Shown: positions 1-8,773 of the stretch, piece after piece
Layout: every line of letters starts with the position of its first letter
Numbering within the stretch: position 1 is the first letter of the stretch
Assembly (NCBI GenBank): GCA_043800955.1
Contig: JAZDMN010000060.1
Coordinates: 1-52,176, forward strand
Length of the DNA stretch: 52,176 bases
From: Candidatus Micrarchaeota archaeon
GTDB taxonomy: Archaea > Micrarchaeota > Micrarchaeia > Anstonellales > Bilamarchaeaceae
Reading direction: 5' to 3'
The notes under the pieces: generated by a model
Told to the model about the DNA's origin: nothing
Database searches by the model: none
Seen by the model: the letters and a program-made list of their open reading frames with translations, nothing else
Position numbers and translations under genes: made by a program

Positions 1-802
1 TTGTCTTTCCGCCCTGCCTGGATATCTCCCGGATTATTTCCCGGTCGGTTTCATCCAGCGTCCTGAATATGGCGTTCGATTCCAGAGCGGATGGTGCGAC
101 CGGATGGACGCTCGCAGGAGTTTGCGTCACAGGCGAAGGTGGTTGCGATAGGGGTGGGGATTGCGCTGCCTTGGCCTTTTTTATCTGGATTGCGATAAAG
201 AGAATGGCCGCCAATGCCAGGATTCCGAGCCCGGCAATCAGCATATAATCCGGAGGGGCCGCTTGTTCCGTATTCGCGGCAAGCTCATATGATGCTCGCA
301 TGCGGGCACGGTGTGCCGTGTCGATTTGGCGGGCAGAGTACGAGATGATGAGCGAGCCATTCCCGCTCGAGACGGCGCCATTAGTCCCTTTGAGGGTTGA
401 GCCAGGGGGCAAAACCATCGACGCGTTGAAAGCGCTTATGTTCTCAGTCGAACCGACTGAAAGGTCGAAGTCCCAAAGCGAGCCGCTCTTTGTCGTCCAT
501 GAAGATGAGGTTGCCGAGTATTCCAGATAGTTCACAGGAACTGGGGCGCAGATGAGCGTTGAGTTATTCTCGTGGCGCTCCGTGTGCCCGATAACCAGAC
601 CGCTCCTGTCCTTTACCTGGATTTCGTCCAGGGAGCCGGAGATGTTCAGGCAGGCAGTCTTGCCCGATGAGGAGAAAAAATCTGTCGCGATTGTAAGGGA
701 AGCAGTTCCGGATGAGTCCAACGAACCAGAAAGCCCAAGATTGGAAATCCCGGGGTGGACTTCAGAAATAAGAAGCAGAATGACCAGAAGCGCCTTGCGC
801 AT
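1..802 (-). CDS. Membrane-anchored protein with extracellular domain and C-terminal winged-HTH (COG2512-like), truncated at window edge
   Basis: Read manually and not in the ORF track: ATG at 802, signal peptide MRKALLVILLLISE, TM helix MLIAGLGILALAAILFIAIQI, Pro-rich linker, then LDETDREIIREISRQGGKT running off the window. Confidence 0.7.
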   Translation of the reverse strand, partial: MRKALLVILLLISEVHPGISNLGLSGSLDSSGTASLTIATDFFSSSGKTACLNISGSLDEIQVKDRSGLVIGHTERHENNSTLICAPVPVNYLEYSATSSSWTTKSGSLWDFDLSVGSTENISAFNASMVLPPGSTLKGTNGAVSSGNGSLIISYSARQIDTAHRARMRASYELAANTEQAAPPDYMLIAGLGILALAAILFIAIQIKKAKAAQSPPLSQPPSPVTQTPASVHPVAPSALESNAIFRTLDETDREIIREISRQGGKT

Positions 803-808
803 CGCAAA

Positions 809-1681
809 TCACTTCTTCCTTCTTTTCCGCAGGCGAACCGGGGCTTTTACGGACTTCGCGGCCGTCTTTTTGCCTCCGGATTTCCGCGTCTTCGCCTTGG
901 CTTTCGGTTTTGAGGTGCGCAAAGGCCTCTTTTTCGCGGCTTTGGCTGCTTTTGAAACGCGTGCGCCTTTTTTTGGCGTTTTCCGGACAGCCGGAACCGA
1001 CGGAGATAAATGGGGGTGGTCTTCCCTGCCGTGCGAACGGACCGAGTGGATGAGGCTCCGCACTATATTTTCCGCTTTCTGGGCGCCTATCGAGCGGCTG
1101 TCCGGACTCTTGTGGGGGTCGAAATCGAACTGCCGGGCTTTGTCTCCATGCTCGTTGGTATTAGGCGCCTGGAAACGCGATTGCGGCGCAAGCATGGCAG
1201 TCTCAAGGCGCTCGCGGGCGCGTATAGGCATGTCGCGCATGTAAGCGTGGTCCTGGTTCGGGGAGAGGGGCTCTATCACCCCGAGGCGCGGGGCAGAGCC
1301 TTCCCGTGAAACCGGCCCGAAAATCAGCGACAATGCCGAGCGGTCTGACGATGGGTTTGGGAACATCGATTTCGGTGAAAGCGACTTCTGCGGCGCGCGG
1401 AAATCTGGCATCACAGGCTTGCGCATAGCAAGCTGGACAAGCTCCCCCCGCTCGCTTGGGGAAAACACCTGGGATGCGTTTCGCATAAGCTCCGGCATGA
1501 CATATGCTGCTTCAGGTGTTCCGCCATAAGTGCTGAGGAACTCCATCATAGCGCTTTTCATGGCCGCGGGGCCGCGCTTTCCAGCCCACTGCTTCAATTC
1601 GGCCCAGACCTGCCTCGCCCCCTTGCCGCTTGAGGCGATGGCTTTCGCCTCGTTTCTCAAGTCCTCAGGAAAGAATCGCAT
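809..1681 (-). CDS. Hypothetical protein with Lys/Ala/Arg-rich basic C-terminal tail
   Basis: 290-aa ORF co-oriented with and abutting the next gene; tail KAAKAAKKRPLRTSKPKAKAKTRKSGGKK. Confidence 0.7.
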   Translation of the reverse strand: MRFFPEDLRNEAKAIASSGKGARQVWAELKQWAGKRGPAAMKSAMMEFLSTYGGTPEAAYVMPELMRNASQVFSPSERGELVQLAMRKPVMPDFRAPQKSLSPKSMFPNPSSDRSALSLIFGPVSREGSAPRLGVIEPLSPNQDHAYMRDMPIRARERLETAMLAPQSRFQAPNTNEHGDKARQFDFDPHKSPDSRSIGAQKAENIVRSLIHSVRSHGREDHPHLSPSVPAVRKTPKKGARVSKAAKAAKKRPLRTSKPKAKAKTRKSGGKKTAAKSVKAPVRLRKRRKK

Positions 1682-1759
1682 GGCATCCTTTCTCCGCTAA
1701 GTTTAATTTATGTATCTTTCCTAGTGTCTATGCTTGTTTTGCTACATCGAGGTGTGACA

Positions 1760-3232
1760 ATGGATTTCAACAGGGAACTCAAAAAGCCCAGTTTCAGGAA
1801 GATTAACGATTACGTTTGGGAGATAGGGGCAGACTTCAAGCAGGGAATGCTTGTACCAGCGCGCATATTTGCCAGCGAGGGGCTGCTCAACCACATGGAC
1901 AACCAGGTCTTCGACCAGGTAACCAACGTGGCGACGCTTCCTGGCATCGTGAATTACGCCTATTGCATGCCTGATGGGCACAGTGGCTACGGATTCCCGA
2001 TTGGGGGCGTGGCGGCGATGGACATCAACGACAACGGGGTCATTTCCCCAGGCGGCATCGGCTTCGACATCAACTGCGGCATGCGGCTCGTGCGGACCGA
2101 CCTGACCCTGAAAGACGTCCAGCCGCACCTGAAGCAGATTGTCGACATGCTTTTCGGGCGCGTCCCGTCCGGAGTGGGTAGCAAAGGTTTCGTGAAGCTG
2201 GATGCCCAGGGCTTCCGCAAGGTCATCGAGGAAGGCGCCCCATGGTGCGTGGAGCATGGATACGGATTGTCTGATGATTTGGATGCGACCGAACTTCGCG
2301 GGCGGGACGACGGCGCTGACGAGAAAACCGTTAGCGACAGGGCCGTCGAAAGGGGTAAAAGCCAGATAGGCACGCTTGGCAGCGGCAACCACTACCTCGA
2401 AATCCAGCATGTCCGCGAAGAGAACATATTCGACAAGGCGCTCGCAAAAAAATGGGGGATATTCCCGGACCAGATTGTCATCATGTTCCATTGCGGCTCG
2501 CGCGGATTCGGCCACCAGGTGGCTACGGACTACCTCAACCAGTTCCTCTCTGTCATGGAAAGCAAGTACAAGATAAGGATACTTGACCGGGAGCTTGCAT
2601 GCGCCCCTTTCAATTCGCCTGAGGGGCAGGCGTATTTCAAGGCGATGAAGTGCGCAATGAACATGAGTTTTGCAAACAGGCAGACAATCGTCCACCGCGT
2701 GCGCGAGGTATTCAGCGAAGTGTTCAAGACCGATGCTGAAAAGCTCGGGATGAGGCAGGTCTACGACGTCTCTCATAACAGGGCTTCGATAGAGAAGCAC
2801 AATGTCAATGGGGGCATGAAGGAGCTGGTTGTCCACCGCAAGGGCGCGACCGCGGCATACGGCCCGGGCAGGGAAGAGCTCTCGCCGAGGTTCCGCGACG
2901 ACGGCCAGCCAGTAATCATCGGCGGGAGCATGGAGACGGGGAGCTACCTGCTTTCGGGCGTCTCAACCGGCGCCGCCAGCTGGTTCACCACCGCGCACGG
3001 TTCCGGCAGGACCATGTCCAGGACAAGGGCAAAGCAGCTCTACCGCGGCGACCAGCTGCAAAAAGACATGGAGAAGCGCGGGATTTACGTCAAGACGGGC
3101 TCATATGCGGGGCTCGCCGAAGAGGCGGGCGCGGCGTACAAGAACATCGATGATGTCATCGAATCCACCCACCAGGCTGGCTTATCCAACAAGGTGGCCA
3201 AGCTCGTACCTATAGGCAATGTCAAGGGCTGA
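1760..3232 (+). CDS. rtcB: tRNA-splicing ligase RtcB
   Basis: Motifs MPDGHSGYGFPIGG, GFDINCG, GTLGSGNHYLE, HCGSRG, HRKGAT, HGSGR; SD GAGGTG upstream of ATG 1760. Confidence 0.97.
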   Translation: MDFNRELKKPSFRKINDYVWEIGADFKQGMLVPARIFASEGLLNHMDNQVFDQVTNVATLPGIVNYAYCMPDGHSGYGFPIGGVAAMDINDNGVISPGGIGFDINCGMRLVRTDLTLKDVQPHLKQIVDMLFGRVPSGVGSKGFVKLDAQGFRKVIEEGAPWCVEHGYGLSDDLDATELRGRDDGADEKTVSDRAVERGKSQIGTLGSGNHYLEIQHVREENIFDKALAKKWGIFPDQIVIMFHCGSRGFGHQVATDYLNQFLSVMESKYKIRILDRELACAPFNSPEGQAYFKAMKCAMNMSFANRQTIVHRVREVFSEVFKTDAEKLGMRQVYDVSHNRASIEKHNVNGGMKELVVHRKGATAAYGPGREELSPRFRDDGQPVIIGGSMETGSYLLSGVSTGAASWFTTAHGSGRTMSRTRAKQLYRGDQLQKDMEKRGIYVKTGSYAGLAEEAGAAYKNIDDVIESTHQAGLSNKVAKLVPIGNVKG

Positions 3233-3237
3233 TTGGA

Positions 3238-4116
3238 TTGCGCGTGCCAGTCACGATTATTACCGGATACCTCGGTTCCGGCAAGACCACGCTGCTTCGC
3301 AGGATAGCCGATGAGAGCGGCATGAGGCTCGCCATCATCATGAACGAATTCGGCGAGATTGCCATCGACAGCAAGGTCGTCTCGGGGAAGAATATCACCA
3401 TGGCCGAGCTTGCAGGCGGCTGCGTCTGCTGCTCGCTTTCGGGCGAATTCAGCGTGGCGGTGGCAGAGCTGCTGGAGACTGCGAAACCGGAATGGATTGT
3501 GGTCGAGACGACTGGGGTCGCCGAGCCAGCCGCCCTCGCATATGACATCAAGGAGAACATCCCGCTTATTCGGCTGGACTCGGTTGTGACGGTTGTGGAT
3601 GCGGATTCGATGGCGAGGTTTCCGAGCCTTGGGCACACTGGTAGGGAGCAGATTGAGCTTGCCGACATTATAATCATCAACAAGGCGGACCTCGTGACGG
3701 GGGAGGCGCTCGGGCTTGTGAGGCAGGCGGTGGAGAAGCTGAACGGCCGTGCCGCGATTATGGAGACAGAGCGGTGCGGGGTTGAGACAGATGCGCTTTT
3801 CGGAATCGCACGCAATCGGCCCGCCCCGGTGCACAAGACGCACAAGGTCGCTTTCGGGTATTTCGATTTTTTATCAGAAAACGTGCTGGACCATGCTTCG
3901 CTTATCCGCATCCTTGAAACGCTGCCGGCCGGGATTTATCGGGCGAAGGGGTTCGCCAGGACGAATAAGGGCAGCTTCCTCGTGAACTACGTGGCGGGGA
4001 GGGTTGAGCTTGAGGAGCATGCGTGTAGCAAGACCGAGCTGGTTTTCATCGGAGAAGGGGCGCAGAGGTCCAAGGACGGCGTCATCAGGTCGTTTGAATC
4101 GGCATCCACCCCCTGA
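3238..4116 (+). CDS. CobW/COG0523-family G3E GTPase (metallochaperone)
   Basis: GYLGSGKTT, NEFGE, GCVCC, VETTG, INKAD motifs plus a CobW_C-like RAKG segment; TTG start. Confidence 0.92.
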   Translation: MRVPVTIITGYLGSGKTTLLRRIADESGMRLAIIMNEFGEIAIDSKVVSGKNITMAELAGGCVCCSLSGEFSVAVAELLETAKPEWIVVETTGVAEPAALAYDIKENIPLIRLDSVVTVVDADSMARFPSLGHTGREQIELADIIIINKADLVTGEALGLVRQAVEKLNGRAAIMETERCGVETDALFGIARNRPAPVHKTHKVAFGYFDFLSENVLDHASLIRILETLPAGIYRAKGFARTNKGSFLVNYVAGRVELEEHACSKTELVFIGEGAQRSKDGVIRSFESASTP

Positions 4117-4183
4117 TTCGGCAGGCAGTATAAGGATATAATGATGGGCGATGAACAAGTTAATGCTGAAGTGAAGTGATACG

Positions 4184-4615
4184 ATGCCTTACAGATTCCT
4201 TGAAGGCCTGACGATGGCGGATATCGCATTCGAGGCGACAGGCGCGACACTCGAGGAGATGTTCATCAGCGCGGCTGATGCGGTCACCAACACCCAGATT
4301 GAGGATCTGAAAGAGATAAGGGCAGATGTCCGCAAGGAATTTACTCTCAAAGCTGAAGATGCCGAGAGGCTGCTGCACGATTTCCTCCAGGAGCTGATTT
4401 TCCTCAAGGATGCCGAGCAGCTTCTTTTCCGGGACTATGATTTGAAGATTTCTAAGGCCAGGGAGGGCCTGGTGCTTGTTGCGAACCTCAAGGGCGAGCA
4501 ATTGGACCAAAAAAAGCACCACCTCCTTGTGGATGTGAAGGCCGTGAGCTGGCATAAGTTTAAAGTCGAGAAGGTTAAGGACGGATGGAAAGCCATAGTG
4601 ATAGTCGACGTGTGA
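4184..4615 (+). CDS. Archease (RtcB activator)
   Basis: MADIAFEATGATLEEMF, VKAVSWH, C-terminal IVDV; adjacent to rtcB. Confidence 0.93.
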   Translation: MPYRFLEGLTMADIAFEATGATLEEMFISAADAVTNTQIEDLKEIRADVRKEFTLKAEDAERLLHDFLQELIFLKDAEQLLFRDYDLKISKAREGLVLVANLKGEQLDQKKHHLLVDVKAVSWHKFKVEKVKDGWKAIVIVDV

Positions 4616-4624
4616 TGCTTGACT

Positions 4625-5353
4625 TCAGTCCACGCATACTGCATAGCCAAGGTTCCTTGTATATACAACCTTGCGGCCGAGCTCTTCGATTTTCCCTTCA
4701 GGCGATACCTGGAACCGGACCTCTTCGTAATCGACCTTGTCATAGCATCCGAATGTATTGTGGCTGTATGCAGTGACCAGGAAGCCTGATTCGTTTTTTT
4801 GCGCCTTGGCAGCTAGTGAAGGAAGTGGTCCGCGCTCGACTGTGCGAATGACGTCTTTGGAAAGGATTATGAACGCCAGCGCTTCGCCTTCGCTTGAAAT
4901 GGGCGCCGCAAAACGCGCAAGGGCGTCGGGGTTTCTTATCTGGACGAATTTCGAGCCGTCCCAGGCCACGTAGCTCGTGCATGTCCGGAGCATCCCGCCG
5001 CTGCAGTAGAAAAAGCCCTCCATTTGGGCCTCTGTCAAATTGTTGCCGTAGACTTCAACCGGGCACGCTACCAGGACCATTGACGGCTCGAGGGAGAGCC
5101 CGTCGCCCATGACCTGGAGCGAGGTGGAGAAGCAGTGGAACTGTGAGCGGAAGGACGCGTTGGCGCAATCGAGATAATCGTCCGAACCGTTCTGGCAGCC
5201 GGCCTGGATAAAAGGCGCCAGGTCTTCCGATGTCAGATTGCGCGGGGGCTCGTTTCCGCCTCCGCGCGTCTGCATGCATCCTGCGATGGATAAAACGACA
5301 AGGCAGATGAGGCGGAGACCGATGGCCGCCTGGAGTTTGCTTCTGTTTGGCAT
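4625..5353 (-). CDS. Hypothetical lipoprotein (Cys-containing)
   Basis: Lipobox-like LSIAGC after a hydrophobic stretch. Confidence 0.65.
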   Translation of the reverse strand: MPNRSKLQAAIGLRLICLVVLSIAGCMQTRGGGNEPPRNLTSEDLAPFIQAGCQNGSDDYLDCANASFRSQFHCFSTSLQVMGDGLSLEPSMVLVACPVEVYGNNLTEAQMEGFFYCSGGMLRTCTSYVAWDGSKFVQIRNPDALARFAAPISSEGEALAFIILSKDVIRTVERGPLPSLAAKAQKNESGFLVTAYSHNTFGCYDKVDYEEVRFQVSPEGKIEELGRKVVYTRNLGYAVCVD

Positions 5354-5415
5354 GGAAGGCAATCCGCATCAAGGGATTATTAAACATCGGGTTATCTGCG
5401 GTCGCCTGGACCACA

Positions 5416-6312
5416 TCAAGGAACCAATGTCGTCCCTGCGCGGCCCAGAAGCGCAGCACCGATGTCTTCGATTGAGCAGATGACGACCTTCCTTCCCCCG
5501 CCTTGCAGGAAGCGGAGCGCCGCCTCGACCTTCGGTTTCATGCTGCCTTCTGCGAAATGCCCATCCTCCAGGTGTTTTTTCGCATCCTGAGCGCTGGTTC
5601 GGCCAAGGGCGCGTTGGGACGTTTTCCCGAAATCCAGGTAGGCGGCATCGATGGAGGTTACGAAAACGAGCAGGTCTGCCTTGATATGCGATGCGAGCAG
5701 GGAGGTCGCGGAGTCCTTGTCGATGACGGCTTCAAGCCCTTCCCCGCTTTTCTTTATCGGTATGCCTCCGCCCCCGACCGCTATCACGACGAACCCTTTT
5801 TCGAGCAGGGCGCTTATGGCGTCATGCTCACGGATTTTTAGCGGCTCGGGAGAAGCGACGAAAAGGCGATATCCCCGTCCGGCATCCATGCGGTATTCGG
5901 TTCCGGGCTGCGCGTTTTGGGTTTTAGGCGGGGCGTCGTAAAAAGGGCCGATGGGTTTTGAGGGGTTCTTGAATGCCTCGTCATCCGGGTCGACCACAAC
6001 CCTTGTGATGAGCGTCGCCGAATGAAGGCCCGTCATCGAGACCGCGCTCGAGAGGTAATAGCCTATCTCGCCCTGCGTCATGGCATCGAGCACATCGAGG
6101 GGCATGGGTGCGACATCTTTGGTCGCCTGCTGCTGGATGAGCAGGTTGCCGACCTGCGGCCCGTTGCCGTGCGTTAGGACCACCTGGTTCTCCCGAAGGA
6201 TTGGCCCGAGGCTTGAGATTGCCCCTTTCGCGGCCAAGAGCTGCTCGGCCGCTGTCCCTTTGCCCCCCTTGCGCAGAAGGGCATTGCCCCCGAGTGCGAT
6301 AACGATTCTCAT
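5416..6312 (-). CDS. arcC: Carbamate kinase
   Basis: VIALGGNAL, THGNGPQVG, AFKNPSKPIGPFY, EAVIDKD, GSMKPKVEA, GTT. Confidence 0.95.
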   Translation of the reverse strand: MRIVIALGGNALLRKGGKGTAAEQLLAAKGAISSLGPILRENQVVLTHGNGPQVGNLLIQQQATKDVAPMPLDVLDAMTQGEIGYYLSSAVSMTGLHSATLITRVVVDPDDEAFKNPSKPIGPFYDAPPKTQNAQPGTEYRMDAGRGYRLFVASPEPLKIREHDAISALLEKGFVVIAVGGGGIPIKKSGEGLEAVIDKDSATSLLASHIKADLLVFVTSIDAAYLDFGKTSQRALGRTSAQDAKKHLEDGHFAEGSMKPKVEAALRFLQGGGRKVVICSIEDIGAALLGRAGTTLVP

Positions 6313-6363
6313 AAGGCGCTTTTACAGGATAGAATAAAAAATTCATAGGATATAATCAACCCT

Positions 6364-7671
6364 ATGAAGAGGAACGTGCTCATTCTTGGGGCTGCAGGCA
6401 GGGATTTCCACAATTTCAACATGTTTTTCAGGGATAACCCGAATTACTATGTCGTGGGGTTCACCGCGACGCAGATTCCTAATATCGCGAACAGGAGATA
6501 CCCCCCGGAGCTTTCAGGGAAGCTCTACCCTAAAGGCATACAGATTTTCGATGAGGGAAAGCTGGAGGAGCTTATCGTGAAGCATTCGATTGACGAGGTC
6601 TATTTCTCGTATTCGGATGTCGCCCACGAGTATGTCATGCATCTCGCTTCGCGGGCCCAGGCAAAGGGTGCAAGCTTTGTGCTTCTCGGCCCGCGCGAGA
6701 CCATGCTGAAAAGCTCCAAGCGGGTGATAGCCGTCACCGCGGTCAGGACCGGGGCTGGAAAAAGCGCGCTTTCCCGGACACTGACAAAAATCCTCAGGGC
6801 GAAAGGCGTCAGGTTCGTCGTAATCCGGCACCCGATGCCCTACGGGGACCTAACAAAGCAGCGTGTCCAGCGCTTTGCGACCCTAGAAGACATGGAGAAG
6901 CAGGAATGCACATTTGAAGAGAGGGAGGAGTATGAGCCGCACGTTCGGAACGGCGTCATCGTGTATGCCGGAATCGATTACGCGGAGATTTTGAAGCAGG
7001 CTGAGAAGGAGGCGGATATCATCGTATGGGACGGGGGCAACAACGACATGTCGTTCATCAAGCCGGACCTGCACATAACGATTGCCGATTCTCTCCGCCC
7101 GGGCCATGAACTATGGTATTATCCGGGCGAGACGAATTTCCGCTCCGCGGACATCATAGTCATCAACAAGGTGAGCGAGAACCCGATGGATGTCAGGCGC
7201 ATCCTCAAGAACTGCGAGAAGGCGAACCCGAAGGCGAAAGTGATTGAGACGGACATGGAATTGACGCCGTCCAAGGCGGTCGAGCTGTACGGCAAGAAGA
7301 CGATAGTCATCGAGGACGGCCCGACCGTGACGCACGGGGGGATGAAATTCGGCGCCGGATTCGAGTACGCCGCGAGGAACGGGGCGGACGTAATCGACCC
7401 GAGGCCGTTTGCTGTCGGGAGCATCAAGGAGGTTTATTCGAAATTCGACAACATCGGGCTGGTCGTTCCGTCGATGGGGTATTACGACAAGCAGATGAAG
7501 GAGCTTGCGGAGACGATAAACAAGAGCGGGGCGGAGATAGTGGTTTCCGGAACGCCGATAGACCTCACAAAGCTGCTGAAAGTGGATATACCGGTCCTGC
7601 ATATAGATTTCGAAATCAAGGAGCGCACGGGTAGCCTTGAATCGACGATAGCGAAATTCCTCAAGGGCTGA
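6364..7671 (+). CDS. arcE: Arginine synthetase ArcE-like P-loop protein (often annotated cyclic 2,3-diphosphoglycerate synthase/GTPase)
   Basis: ILGAAGRDFHNFN, FTATQIP, AVRTGAGKS, IRHPMPYGDL, EEREEYEPH, WDGGNND, EDGPTVTHGGM, as recalled for Thermococcus kodakarensis ArcE; divergent from carbamate kinase. Confidence 0.8.
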   Translation: MKRNVLILGAAGRDFHNFNMFFRDNPNYYVVGFTATQIPNIANRRYPPELSGKLYPKGIQIFDEGKLEELIVKHSIDEVYFSYSDVAHEYVMHLASRAQAKGASFVLLGPRETMLKSSKRVIAVTAVRTGAGKSALSRTLTKILRAKGVRFVVIRHPMPYGDLTKQRVQRFATLEDMEKQECTFEEREEYEPHVRNGVIVYAGIDYAEILKQAEKEADIIVWDGGNNDMSFIKPDLHITIADSLRPGHELWYYPGETNFRSADIIVINKVSENPMDVRRILKNCEKANPKAKVIETDMELTPSKAVELYGKKTIVIEDGPTVTHGGMKFGAGFEYAARNGADVIDPRPFAVGSIKEVYSKFDNIGLVVPSMGYYDKQMKELAETINKSGAEIVVSGTPIDLTKLLKVDIPVLHIDFEIKERTGSLESTIAKFLKG

Positions 7672-7713
7672 TTGGAGCGCGCTTATATCATTAAGCCAAC
7701 ATTGGTGCTAAAC

Positions 7714-8238
7714 ATGAACGATGAGATTGACTCTGATGCAGATGAGGACGTGGATGCTGGTAAGGAAGCAGGCAGACGCTTTCCAGGTCCACCCCTTCTT
7801 GAGAAGTTGCCGAGCAAAACCTGCCGGAAGATGCTCGTGAAAATAAGGAGGAAGGACGCCGAACGCGACAAACTTGCCAGGATGGCCAAGAATTGCGCCT
7901 TCAGGGGTAAGCTTCAGAGCGGGGAGCTCAGATCCCTCCTCCGCGAGATAGAGGCTGTTTTTTCGCCCAATGCTGGCAGGGAGCCGCAGCCGGCCGACCC
8001 CGTGATTTGCGAGGGGATACGGGGAGCGTCGAACGAATCGAAACCCCAGGCATATGCGAGGCGCCACTGGGCAAAGCAGAGGCAATGCAGAGATGAAACG
8101 CCGAAAATATGCAGGATTCCATTAGAGCCGAAGACACACTCAACCGAGGTGTTCAGGATAGCCATCATGCCCGCTGTCCCGAATACGGGGAGCATCTTCG
8201 GCTCAAGGCCCGAGATCCAGCGACTAAGAAGGAGATGA
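7714..8238 (+). CDS. Hypothetical protein
   Basis: Fills the gap between arcE and the dUTPase gene; TATA-like CTTATATC upstream; acidic N-terminus. Confidence 0.5.
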   Translation: MNDEIDSDADEDVDAGKEAGRRFPGPPLLEKLPSKTCRKMLVKIRRKDAERDKLARMAKNCAFRGKLQSGELRSLLREIEAVFSPNAGREPQPADPVICEGIRGASNESKPQAYARRHWAKQRQCRDETPKICRIPLEPKTHSTEVFRIAIMPAVPNTGSIFGSRPEIQRLRRR

Positions 8239-8242
8239 GTGG

Positions 8243-8740
8243 CTAGCGGTTCTCCCCCTTGTACTGGCCCTCGTACAGCGTTTTCGCATCCTCGGCCAGG
8301 CGGATGAAAATCATCTGGCCGATTTTCGCATTCTTCTTGAATACCGCCCCATGCTCGTTGCGCACGACCAGCAGGGCTTCGCTCCGCCCTTCGTAACCAG
8401 GGTCCCACACCGCGCATTCGAGCGTGACGCCGCACCTCAGAAGCGACGAGCGCGGAAGGCAGAGGCCTGCCACGTTCTTCGGTATGCGGACGTATTCGTT
8501 GAATATCACCTTGTACGCGCCGGGCTTGAGCAGGACGCGGTCGGAATCCGTACCGGAATCGAACACCACGGGCTCGACCTGGCTGATTTTCCTCTCCTTG
8601 TTGTCGAAATCAATCAGCCCGGCCTCCTTGAACCGGTAGACCTCCTTGAGGGTGATGTCTATCCCGCAGGGCTGGTATTGGCTGCTGTGCAATCCTTCGA
8701 ATATCTTAGCAACTTCAAGATGCTGTTTCGGAAGCAACAT
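8243..8740 (-). CDS. Archaeal dUTPase / dCTP deaminase family
   Basis: QPCGIDITL, PRSSLLRCG, WDPGYEG, IGQMIF, YEGQY. Confidence 0.9.
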   Translation of the reverse strand: MLLPKQHLEVAKIFEGLHSSQYQPCGIDITLKEVYRFKEAGLIDFDNKERKISQVEPVVFDSGTDSDRVLLKPGAYKVIFNEYVRIPKNVAGLCLPRSSLLRCGVTLECAVWDPGYEGRSEALLVVRNEHGAVFKKNAKIGQMIFIRLAEDAKTLYEGQYKGENR

Positions 8741-8773
8741 ATTTTTTCCACCTCTTCGCCAGGGTTTCCGACC

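Noticed and set aside
552-1244. 230-aa plus-strand ORF
   Set aside because: Antisense shadow of two better-supported minus-strand genes
1742-2836. 364-aa ORF antisense to rtcB (likewise 10948-11805, 25029-25847, 32986-33945, 39812-40606)
   Set aside because: Shadow ORFs typical of GC-rich coding DNA, with no motifs
4141-4179. GCGATGA...CTGA and a 12-codon uORF upstream of archease (K-loop, C/D half or fluoride riboswitch)
   Set aside because: Only one degenerate box pair, with no supporting stems or pseudoknot
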